NCBI GenBank assembly: GCA_002245135.1
Contig: NGBS01001184.1
Location: 62,001-105,786 of the forward strand
Length of the DNA stretch: 43,786 nucleotides
Direction: 5' to 3'
Source: Proteromonas lacertae
Lineage: Eukaryota
Shown here: piece by piece, positions 14,362 to 25,427 of the stretch
Numbering within the stretch: the stretch's first letter is position 1
How the letters are laid out: every line of letters starts with the position of its first letter
Notes under the pieces: generated by a model
The model's database searches: none
Told to the model about the DNA's origin: nothing
The model's input: only the letters and a program-made list of their open reading frames with translations
Program-made: the position numbers and the translations under genes

Positions 14362-15012
14362 TTAATCAGCATGATTAGACTTACTTGGATGAGATGGCTT
14401 ATTTTGTTCTTTATATTCTTTTACTGGAGCGTCATTATACTTCTTTCCACCACGACTCCATGGAACATAACGATATTTAATCATATGAGCAACTCTATCT
14501 TTCATTGTAACAGTGAACAATGTGATGAAATAAACTAAGAGAATTGGCCAATATGCTGGTATATCAAATACTTCCAAAAATGTACATCCAAAAGCAATTA
14601 ACGTAGCTTTTGTAATAGCATACCAAAATTTGAATTCTGGAACTTTACGGTAGAACGGTTGGAATTCATTGTCATTTTGCTCAGAATTGAGTGGTAATAA
14701 TGGATCAGCGTTTGGATCAAGATCGTTTGGAGATATAAATCCAAGAAATTGGTTTAGAATGTAAATGCCAAGTGCATATGTAATAATATAATAACCTTGA
14801 AGTTTTACAACACGGTAAAAGTATAAAGCAATTAATAGAAAATATGATATCCATCTTAACTTAAAATAGACTGTAGCTTTATCTAAGTAATACTGAAACC
14901 TCCTACAATATAAATTAAGGTTATAACAAATATACAAATTAAGGCTTTCATTGATCGCTTCCCATTGAGAAGGTGTATGGTTAGTTGCACCAGTTTCATT
15001 GAGGACATCCAT
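14362..15012 (-). CDS. RER1: Rer1 Golgi-to-ER retrieval receptor
   Basis: FQYYLDK...RW...QGYYIITYALGIYILNQFLGFISP...EFQPFYRKVPEFKFW...FDIPAYWPILLVYFITLFTVTMKDRVAHMIKYRYVPW is the Rer1 signature. One short in-frame intron lies near 14903-14936. Confidence 0.96.
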   Translation of the reverse strand: MDVLNETGATNHTPSQWEAINESLNLYICYNLNLYCRRFQYYLDKATVYFKLRWISYFLLIALYFYRVVKLQGYYIITYALGIYILNQFLGFISPNDLDPNADPLLPLNSEQNDNEFQPFYRKVPEFKFWYAITKATLIAFGCTFLEVFDIPAYWPILLVYFITLFTVTMKDRVAHMIKYRYVPWSRGGKKYNDAPVKEYKEQNKPSHPSKSNHAD

Positions 15013-15085
15013 CTGTATATCTAACTCTTCTAAAAATAATAATGATAGAAGAAGTTCAAAATAAAAGCTTGGCTTGTAAGTTGAA

Positions 15086-15970
15086 ATGAAAAAAAGTTGG
15101 TTTTCTCATCTATTTTGTATATTGCTATCAGTTCGATATATAGATATATCTGTGCTTGTAAATATATTGTATTTTTCCCAATCTTTTTGTTTTGAATGCT
15201 TATCAGAGACAAATACGTTAATTACTATAGATGACAGTGTGGTGAATGATAATTATTGCGATTGTATGGGAGATGGTAAAGATGAATTACTAACTTCAGC
15301 ATGCTCACATATTTCACACTCATTTTCTTGTAGTACAACACATCTTCATCAAAAGAAAGTATTTACATCTAATATAAATGATGGAGTATTAATATAGAAA
15401 TGATTATACTTTAGATTTGTGATTGTTGTGATGGATCTGACGAAATAATTGACTCAAAAAATACAAATCATTGCCCGTATGTATGTGAAGAGTATTTAAA
15501 GAATGATAAAATTGAAATTGAAAGAAATAACAAAATACTAAAAGATGGACATTCAATATATCTACACCGAGTTAAAGGTATGAAAAGACAGAAATTGGAA
15601 TATATAAACAATATACAGAATTACACAGAATTCATACGATATTTAGACAAATTTAAGAATAGATTAAATCTGTTGAAAAAGGATTTATCAATACTTCAGC
15701 ATAATTGGAGAATTGAAATATCAAAATCGTTAATATATAATGATGATTATTCATTAAGTATGATATATATATATATATATGTTTATATATTATTATTATT
15801 ATTATTATTATAGATTATTCACCATTTAAGATTAAAAACAAACAAAAACCATTAAAAGATATTAACAAAGATGAATATGATTATTATAAAGGTAAAAATT
15901 GGGAATATTATTTAAAGAAAAGTAAAAATCAAAATCAAAAATATATCAATATAACTGTATAATATATATA

Positions 15971-16003
<33 letters not shown>

Positions 16004-17021
16004 ATGTGTATAGGATATAATAGAGAGTTATGTAAATGGAATTGTGTATATAAATTCAACTCAATATGATTTTTATTCATTTATTAAGCATTTAGAATTT
16101 CTAAAAACAAAAAGAGAAGCTGAGTATAAGAAGCCAATTCCTTTATCAAAAATGAGACAAAATAGTGGTTTAGGTCCAATAATAAATGGAGGAAAGGTAG
16201 GAATAATTAGAGCCAAAAGATTGTTTGTTCAATTATTAGGAATATTATTTTCTCCAATCACTTTTACATTAGATTTTTGTAATTATGTTTATAATAGAAT
16301 ATGTAAATTGCTTGATATACCACGATTAAGTAAAATGAAAGGAATTATAAAAGAAATCAAATCAAAGCTAAACACTTATATGATATTGTATTTGAATAAA
16401 GTATTAGACATATTACCCTATTCAGTAAGTGATCCAATAATTGGAAGTTATATGAAAATAACTACACATTGGTTTTGGGATGAGTTTTGGAATTCACCAT
16501 ATCGATATTATAAATATTATTTTCCTTCGATTGATACAAATATATATGTATATATTTTATTCTATTTTGTAATTTAATAGTTGACAGATTATGATATTCT
16601 ATCATCAATAATCAATACAATCGATTCACACAAAGACACAATGAACAAATCAATCACTGAGATGAATGATTGGATTAATAATTATAATGAAACAATCACA
16701 TCCTTTGGATTATACTCTTTTTATTATGATGGTGATAAATGTTATGACAAAGTGATAGAAAAGTATAAATACACTGTTTGTCCACTGAAAGAAGTAAAAC
16801 AAGATTTTACTAGTTTAGGATCGTTTAATAGATGGGATAATACAACTAAAACTGCTTTTTATGATAAAGGTAAAAGTTGTTATGGAGGTCCAGATAGAAG
16901 TACAACAGTTCATTTTGAATGTGGTGTAAATGATGAGATTGTAAGTGTTAATGAATTATCTAAATGTGTATATGATATTGTGTTTAAAACACCCAATGAA
17001 TGTATAAAGAAAGTAGAATAA
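15086..17021 (+). CDS. PRKCSH: Glucosidase II beta subunit (PRKCSH-like)
   Basis: N-terminal hydrophobic signal; VNDNYCDCMGDGKDELLTSAC and spliced INDGICDCCDGSDE; C-terminal MRH domain YKYTVCPLKEVKQ...SLG...YDKGKSCYGGPDRSTTVHFECG...ELSKCVY...TPNEC. Confidence 0.9.
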
Positions 17022-17145
17022 ATTTGTTTTTCATTTTTCCTAAAAAGTATTTATTTTGTTTTTTCTATTTATTTGTTGGATTAAAAAAAAAATATTAATA
17101 AAAAGATAGAAAAATAAAATAATAATAACGATTCTATTTATTTAT

Positions 17146-18547
17146 TTACTCAAAATCATCTTTGGAAGGAGGTAAAGATGGATCATAATTAGGTGGAATA
17201 GGAAAATCAGTTTTTATAATAACATTTTCATCACTTTTTACATTCTTTTCTTCTTTTTCAACTATTGGTTTATTATTCTCTTCTTTCTTCATTTCATTTA
17301 TCTTCACTTGTTCATCTTTTGCTTTCTTCACATCTTCATCAGTAACTTTACCTGCTTCTTTTGTCAAAGTATCATAATATTCATACTTCTCAGTACAATT
17401 CTTCAATTCAAGTGTAGCAGGTCCAGCAATAGTTATTAAATCATCATCTTCTTTCAAATTGTCCATTACTTTCTGCCATTTTAAAAACTCTTCTCTGCAT
17501 GGCCCTGATCTCATAAATACACAAAATGCACATTGTACTTCATGTTCAACATCAACACATTTTCTTTCATCACTTTTATATCCTAAATCACTACAAACAA
17601 CACCTCTCACCACTATATTTTCATCAACAATGTTAGTCAATTTTGCTTTTGTTTTTGGGTATGCATAATATGTATCTAATTCACCTTTCCATTCTTTGTT
17701 TTTAGGTAATAATTGCTCTTCTATTCCTTCACCTGTCATTTCTAATAAACCTGCAGCTAAAAATCTATCAACTAGTAACGTTGGATATCCTTCTTCAGAA
17801 TATGGTGATAGTTGATTATTAGGTGCTTTTATTACTATATATGGATATCTAACCATTGCTGGAACTGGAGATATCGCTCTAGTAAATAACTATAGAGAAA
17901 TATAACTATATATATTTATATACAATTTTAGCATTTTCATCTTCAATAATTGCAACTATTTTAATATCAATTTCATTACTTAACCAATGTGCCATAAAAT
18001 TAGCATCATCTGGTTTTGGTTTTAATAATAATACAGCTTTCATTTCTCTATTTTCATCATGTTCTAATCCTAATCTTTCTTCTATTTTTTTGATTGATTC
18101 TTGATTTAAATATGTTGAGAATTCATTCATTCCAATCCACCAATCTTCATCTTCTGAGTCTTTATGTTTCTTTTCACTTTCTTTATTTTCTTTTGAAGAG
18201 CTTTCTTCTTTTTCTTTTAATTCCTCATTTTTCTTGGAATTGTCTTCTTTTGTTTCTGCTTGTTTTTCATATACTTCTTTATCAGTTAGTTTTATTTCAA
18301 CTGCTTTTGCTTCTTCAACTTGCTTCTTTTTTTCTTCATTATCAGACGAAGCTAAGACTAATCCTGTAGTTCCAATAGCAGCAGCTAATACACTTAAATA
18401 AAATGGATTCTTTGAATATCCAGCTGTTAATGGCTTTATTTTGGTAGAATATTGTACAGGTTTTGCAATAGGTGTGTTTATATGACTTATATGACGTTGT
18501 AAAGTTTTTATCTTTAATTTACTTGCTGCTTTTGATAGAAATGACAT
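17146..18547 (-). CDS. Mitochondrial presequence + TM + GCK/Mia40-like domain protein
   Basis: ATG 18547 MSFLSKAASKLKIKTLQRH (basic, no acidic residues); hydrophobic FYLSVLAAAIGTTGLVLA; one 34-nt intron; C-terminal CAFCVFMRSGPCREEFLKW...LKNCTEKYEYY matches the GCK/Mia40-type pattern. Confidence 0.75.
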
Positions 18548-18617
18548 TTTAAATGTTAATACTGGCTTGAGAAGGCTTGCTTGAGAGTTTTTTTTTTTTT
18601 TTGAAAATCTTCCTCTA

Positions 18618-18940
18618 ATGGATCCAGAACCTCGATATCGTGTTTTAAATCCCCATCCAACATTGAAAGACATTCTTAAAAATGCTAATGCTGTTGATGT
18701 ACTTCAACTTGTTGGTATTACTGTAGGTTGTGCTGCAGTCGGTTATGCTACCGGTATTTGTAATATATAATTATATTGTAAATAGGACATTCAATTAGAA
18801 GACCATCTGCTATATGTGCTGGAATTATGGGTTTTATTGCTGGAGGAATTGGCAGTGGATTAGATTCTCGTAATAGATTATTGGGTTTTAAGAATAATGG
18901 TTATCCTATAGAACAAACAAGACAACCAAAATCAGAGTAA
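18618..18940 (+). CDS. Mitochondrial complex I accessory subunit, NUXM/21-kDa (plant MNLL-like) family
   Basis: Not in the ORF track. Two exons give MDPEPRYRVLNPHPTLKDILKNANAVDVLQLVGITVGCAAVGYATG/HSIRRPSAICAGIMGFIAGGIGSGLDSRNRLLGFKNNGYP..., with two TM helices and the S..RL.G..N motif. Confidence 0.85.
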
Positions 18941-19027
18941 TTATGTAATGTACATTATATTATTGTATTTGGGGATTTTAAAAACCATTTATAAACGTAT
19001 TAAAATACATATAAGAAATATAATTAA

Positions 19028-20078
19028 TTAATTAGCATATTTATTCCTCATTTCCTTCAAATCAACGTTATACATCTCATCCTCTTCAACACCCATCATT
19101 TCAACCAACTCACCTTTATCTTTCTCAAGTCCTTCAGACAATGTATCCAGGGCTTCATTCACTATTCTCTTTCTTTCACTCCATAATTTCAAATATTTTT
19201 TCAATTCAGCAGATAGTTTTTTGTGAGTTCCTTCAGGTATATTTCCTTGTGTTTCTTCCAGAACTTTTAGTCTTTCTAGTTTTGACTTTATTCTTTCTGT
19301 CATTTCTATCACTGACTTTTCCAAATCCGTTGTTGTTGGTGCATTTTTTAATGAATTTACTTCACTATCTAGTTTAACTACTTCATTGTGCTTTGATGTA
19401 AATTGATCTTTTAACTCTTCTATTTGTTCATCTAAACTGTTTAATTCTTCTTCTTTTATCTCTCCATATTGATCTTGACATGCAAAGTAGAATTTGTTCT
19501 TTCCAAACACTTTCTCCATAATTTTGCCTTTTTCTGACAATTCTATTAATAATCGATTTAAGGATGCTCTTTTTACTCTTCGATGAAGATTTTCGAATAA
19601 ATTAACAGCATTGAAGGGTCTGTTCTGCTCTTGTAGATAACTGATAATAAATTGTGGTGCATCTTTATCTGATACAGCAGGAGCAGCATCAGCATCTTCT
19701 ATAGAGCAAAAAATTAACGAAATTAACAATACTTTTTGTTCTCTTTGGAGCAGCTTTTGTGGCAGAATCATCTTTCTTCGCAGTAGATGCCCTGGCACGC
19801 TTTTTAGGTTTCGGCTCATCTCCATCGTCTGCTTTTTCAGCTTTTGCTTTAGACTTGCTGGCTCTCTTAGCTGGCGTCTTTTTTGGCGATTTTTTAGGCG
19901 TTTCTTTCTTTGTGGCCTTTTTCTTTGGTTTACTTATAACTATTTCATCATCCTAAAAAATAAACACTCTAAATTCCTATACATCATCATCATCGTCATC
20001 TACAACAAGACCAGCTAAATCATCATCTACTCCACCATCAGAATCTATGTTAAAATCACTACTTTCATCTTCACTCAT
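19028..20078 (-). CDS. HOP2: Hop2/TBPIP homologous-pairing protein with acidic and Lys-rich N-terminal extension
   Basis: IISYLQEQNRPFNAVNLFENLH...KGKIMEKVFGKNKFYFACQD winged helix, coiled coil, and WSERKRIV...LVEMMGVEED C-terminus. ATG 20078, two short introns. Confidence 0.92.
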
Positions 20079-20138
20079 TTTTGGAGGGAAATTGAAAAAG
20101 ACTTGAAGACTCGAGCGCCATTCCAAATTTTTAAGAAA

Positions 20139-20502
20139 ATGCTTCGTTATCAACGTTTGCTAGTAATTATTGCTGTTGTATATTGCATTTCTATTTATTA
20201 TAAATAGTTGACTGTGGTATGGGTATATGCTGCATTTATACATACTGGATTTAAAGACACTGTCCATAGAAAAATCCTCTTAGTATATTTAATAAATTCT
20301 ATTTTATAGATGCCAGTATTCTTGATTTTTGCTATGGGAATGGATGCTGCTGTTACTATTATTTCATCTGTTGTGAAAATAGAAAACAAGGAGAAGGCTG
20401 CAGCTGAATTGGCTGAAGTATTTGAATAATTTTATATTGATCTAGGATATGAAGAATGCAAGAAAAGAACTTGAAGAGAAAGGATTTAAATTTGATGAAT
20501 AA
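20139..20502 (+). CDS. DPM3: Dolichol-phosphate mannosyltransferase subunit 3
   Basis: Not in the ORF track. Four exons give MLRYQRLLVIIAVLTVVWVYAAF...LLMPVFLIFAMGMDAAVTIISSVV...EKAAAELAEDMKNARKELEEKGFKFDE: two TMs plus the C-terminal AAxEL..I..AR..L..KG.F pattern. Confidence 0.85.
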
Positions 20503-20621
20503 ATACATAATTATTAAGCGAATAAATTATTTTTCCTGATATAAATACATATTTTCTTTTACTACAAAACCAAAACAACATAAAAATAAACTTCGGTCTT
20601 TACATCATTTTTAAAAAATAT

Positions 20622-21199
20622 TTAATTTCTCTTTTGGTTTTTACGACCTTGACGTTTGTTGTTCTTATCTACCTTCTTTAATTTAGCTGGTTCTGTGAAT
20701 CCCATAGCTTTAACCATGGCTAATGTATCACTATCAACGATGATGGTTTCTTTATCAAGCTCTGATGTTTCTGGTACGAAATCCATACGTCTTTCACGTT
20801 CTTCTTCTTGTAATTTAAGTGAAATTCCACGTACTGGACCATGTTGAATACGTTTCATTAAATGCTATACAAAATGAGTATTAAAACAAATATACAGTTG
20901 CGAAACCAGCGATCTTATTTCTCATTCTCTTTGATGGTGTTGTAGCAACTTCATCAGCGAGCTATAGTGTAAAAGAAAAACTCATACTTTCTTGTTTGTT
21001 TGGAAATCAAGTGTTAAACGAGAATAGTATTTTTCAACTAAAATTCTAGCGTTTCTTTTTACTGCGGTTGTTCTGACACGACCCTATTTAGAGATAAAAT
21101 GACTGAGCGATAAATAAAATATAAAATAATGCGGATAATAATATAGAATAAACATCAGATGAAAAATAGAGTTATAAAAAGCAATAATAGTTATACCAT
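20622..21199 (-). CDS. RPS17: 40S ribosomal protein S17 (eS17)
   Basis: ATG|intron 21084-21196|[32 protein letters not shown]...[48 protein letters not shown]. Confidence 0.98.
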
Positions 21200-21431
21200 T
21201 AGTTAATAATGCAAAAAAGACCAAAGAAATGATTGTGTATAGTTATCTTGTTTATCAAAGGAAGTTTGAAGACATCAAGCTTAATGTTTTAATTTGCTTT
21301 TTTTTGAATTACAGAAAAAACTAATCCGCTTGTGTTTAGTATAATTCATTTATTTAAATCACATACAAATCATATAATAACAATATTTATAATAATAATG
21401 ATTAGTAATGGATTTTGAGATAGAAAAACAT

Positions 21432-24131
21432 TTACTTCCTAAATATCTTGTATAAATATTCACGGTAGCTAAAATCATTAGTTTTCAAAAATTTACCAAT
21501 CATTTTCTTGTATTCATTTTCTTCCATATCCTTCAAATATGGAAAACTACCCTTCTGCAACTCTGGAGGATCTTTATGAGAAGGAATCAAATAACATAAC
21601 AGTCTTCTTGACATTGATGATCCTTCGTGAAAGATATAAATGTTAGGATAAGGATATTTATAATGAAAACTCAATACGGATTTCATACACTCTTCAATAA
21701 TATCTTTTGTAGAGTTACTATCCAACTGATTACCAATCCAAATATAAATCTCAGAAAACATATTGAAATACAAAATACTCTTTGAATGTAACGCTAAAGT
21801 TTCTAATGGCACTTTATGAAATTCAATAATATCACCCTCTTTATGATTTTCTGGGAAAAACTGGCTTAATACTGGATTGATCATTTCAAATGCATTATCA
21901 TAGTTTAATCTTAAAAATAGTATTCTCATATTATATATATCATCATTATGTTGTAAAATTGAACTAATTAATGAACCTCTCCTAAATTCAAATATTCTTA
22001 AAGGTAAATTAACAATAATATCATTGATATGGACTTTCGATCTTTCTAAACTACATCTATATTGATCACATATATCACTTAATTTGTGATCTATTTCATC
22101 TTTAATTTCTTCGCTATTTTTACTCAATGAATCGATTACAATTGATTTCGTTAATAATATAAATCCAACATCTTCATCTAATGAATGTAATGTCAATTCA
22201 AATCTTTCAGTTGTTGGTAATTTAGTAGTCATTACTCTTATCTTTCTCTTATTGTTGACTAATGGCATATCAACAATTGCTTGAACATATAAAGATTCTA
22301 AATCAGCATTAGTGTTCATATCAAAATAAATAGAAAATCCCATAGTTGGATCAAATCTACCAATTATTAAGATGATATCTTCACTATCTTTACCATTTGA
22401 ATATACTAATTTTGCACCTGGACCAATCACTTTAGAAATTACTAATGGTGAAGTACAATGAAGTGTTAATGTAAAGGGATTACGGAATAACGTTTGGTAG
22501 GAGATGAAGAGGTTGTTGTAGAAATTTTCACTCCATTTTTCTTTGATCATTATGATTTGTCCTCCAGAATAATAAGTCAAATTCTATAAAATAATAATAA
22601 TAATAATAAGAATATACATATAAAACTGGAACTTGTATTGAATTACCACCACTTGAATATATATCGATGGATATCCTTCTAGATGTCAATGTTTGTGATA
22701 GTTTATTATAATATATTTTCATTTCTTCAATATTATCTTCATTTATTCCACCTATTCCACAGTTAGGATATCCATTCGTACATACTATTATATGACTGGA
22801 TCCAATATCATTAATATCAACTAAACACATTATATAATCCAATGCAGTGCCAAAACAACGATAAGATTCTAATTTCTCATGTGTGATCAACCTACGATAT
22901 GCTCTATTATATAATTAAATTATAATATATCTATATACAATCTTCTATTCTTAATATCAACTCCTCCAGGTATTGTTTCAAGGATTTTCTTCATTGTTTT
23001 ACAAGCCACATAGTTTGGAGGTAAGAAATCTCCAGAATCCTCTTTTAAAGTACGTTGATGATTAGCCAATAGTTGTTTAATATCTTCATTAGGAGAATTA
23101 TTTCCATTATAACATTCACAGCTAACTAACTCACTGTTCATATTACCTACTTCATATATATTTACATTACTGTCATAAACTATTAATCCAATATTAACAT
23201 CTTTATCTACAACACTATTTAAATATCTATCAATTGAAACACTTATATCTTTTATCTCAGTTTGACTCAAATTACCGTCGATTAAGAAGAATATACTTTT
23301 ATTATTATTATTGTTAAATCGTAACACGCTATTATTATTATTATTATCTTCAAGTATTTTATTGTTATTCAGATGAAAATCTCTTGGTGTTATATATTCA
23401 ACCACACTATTCAAAAATTCAGGATATTCATTGATTATTTCTTTATTTTTCATTGTTTCTTTGGTTAATTCTTCACTGTAAATGTGTTTGGATTTTTTAC
23501 CACAGAATGTGCATGTATAATAACCATCATTATCGATTGGAGTGTAAAGATTAACGATTCCATTACATTCACTACAAAGTGTTGGATTTCGGTTTAATTC
23601 TGGACATTCACTTTTTAATGGTGTTAATGGTGAAATGATACAACCACAAGGGATTATTAAATCGGAATAACTTGAATAATGTGAAGGGAATTGAGAATAA
23701 GAGAAATCAAATATATGATCTCTATATATTATTATATATAATTAATATTTATATATACGATTTTAGATAATCGAATACTTCTTCAAACATATCTACTTTC
23801 ATATCTTCATTATTGGTATTATTTGGGGATTTTACTTCTGATTTTGGCTGTTCAGGTATAGTAGCTATCATTTCATGTATAAGAGGAACAGGATTAGCTT
23901 TATTCTCTGATTTTGATCCACCTTCAACAGCTTCTTTGTTGTTATTTACTTCACTCAAATAATTGATCAAATTAGAATTGGTTGGAGTATTTTCAGCTTC
24001 CGTAGGAGGTCCTGGACGAAGATCGACAGGAAAAGTGACTAAATGCGCATCTTCTTTCTGTGACAATAAATAATAGTATTATAGAATTATACCACAATTT
24101 TTGGAGTTAAGTTGAATGGAATTTTATTCAT
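21432..24131 (-). CDS. Divergent Sec23-family COPII protein (zinc finger, vWA trunk, helical and gelsolin-like domains)
   Basis: ATG 24131; CSECNGIVNLY...YTCTFCG zinc finger; IFFLIDG trunk; YRCFGTAL, IIVCTNGYPNCGIG; C-terminal EGSSMSRRLLCYLIPSHKDPPELQKGSFP. Confidence 0.88.
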
Positions 24132-24267
24132 TAACACAAATTCAAAAATTAGTGAAATAGATCCGTTTTTGAGAATGTTTTTTTCTTAATTTTTCATAAC
24201 ATAAACACCATTATGATATAAAAATAACATAAATGAATTAAAAATTGAGTATGAGATTTAAATATAA

Positions 24268-25316
24268 TTAACGTAAATCAATTATCATACAAGTTATCTA
24301 TTTCATCAAAATATAACAATATATATAATACATTATCTGTAGAACCACGTTGTAAAGCAAGTCTAACTAATTCATCAGCAGCATGTTGACAAGATTTATT
24401 ATTATTCCTCAACAATCTATAAGCAGTTATACTAACTTCAGAATTACTCAAAACATCCCACAGACCATCACTTCCGATCACTATACACATATCTTCATCA
24501 TTTTTCTCATGTTTACATATATCTGGTTGACATATAACATAATCCTTTAAATCTTTATCACCAAATGATCTTGAAACGGACAGTTTTCCTTCTACTCGAT
24601 ATATAGATCCATCTTGTGATATAAATCCGCCATTATTTTCAATTCTTAACCTTTCTTTAATAACATTTGGTTTATGATCATATGAAACGGCATAGAAAGA
24701 ACAATCTCGTTTTACAATAATACTCCTACTGTCACCAACATTTGTTACATATAATTTATTTCCTATACATAACACTACATTAGCACAACTTCCAGAATCT
24801 ATTGAAATTATCAATTACAATGATATATATATATATATATACTATCATTATTTGATTGTGCTACTTTTAGGAAATCATTATCAATTTCATTACAAGTATC
24901 AATTATAGCTTGTTGTGGATGTGACGGAAATGTAGATGATTTACATAAATACTTCTTGAAGTTATTCACTAAAAATTGAGAAGCATTTGAACCACCATGA
25001 CCATCAAATACACCATATAGAGATATGTCTTTGCTTCCTTTTAGATTTGATTCAATTATAAACCTATCTTCCATATAATTTCTACCACCTTGATCATATG
25101 ACACATATGCAGGAAAAAACAAATCATTTGGATTACATATATGACATCTATTTATAAGAATTATCAATATACAATTCAGTCATTACACCTTTCAGCTTTT
25201 CTTTGTTCTTTTCTTTAATACAAGTGCTAAAAATATAAATTAAAGATTTTATACTAGATATATCCAAATAACTTGTAAGATACATAAATAGATGCTGTTC
25301 CAATTAAATAGTTCAT
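24268..25316 (-). CDS. Protein phosphatase 2C (PPM family) with N-terminal hydrophobic anchor
   Basis: QGGRNYMEDR, LYGVFDGHGG, SGSCA, NVGDSR, DHKP, LSVSRSFGD, IGSDGLWDV and RGSTDN|IT motifs; ATG 25316; TAA 24268-24270. Confidence 0.95.
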
Positions 25317-25427
25317 TATAATTTTACAACTATCATAATATACTTATATAAAACCTTCTATTTCAAGAAAAAATGAGAATTTAAAAAAAGAAGAAAGCTT
25401 GGGCTTGATTTCTTTTGTATTTTTCAA

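Noticed and set aside
17906..18673. ORF-track start at 18673 for the GCK-like gene
   Set aside because: It would overlap the complex I subunit gene on the opposite strand; ATG 18547 gives a proper mitochondrial presequence.
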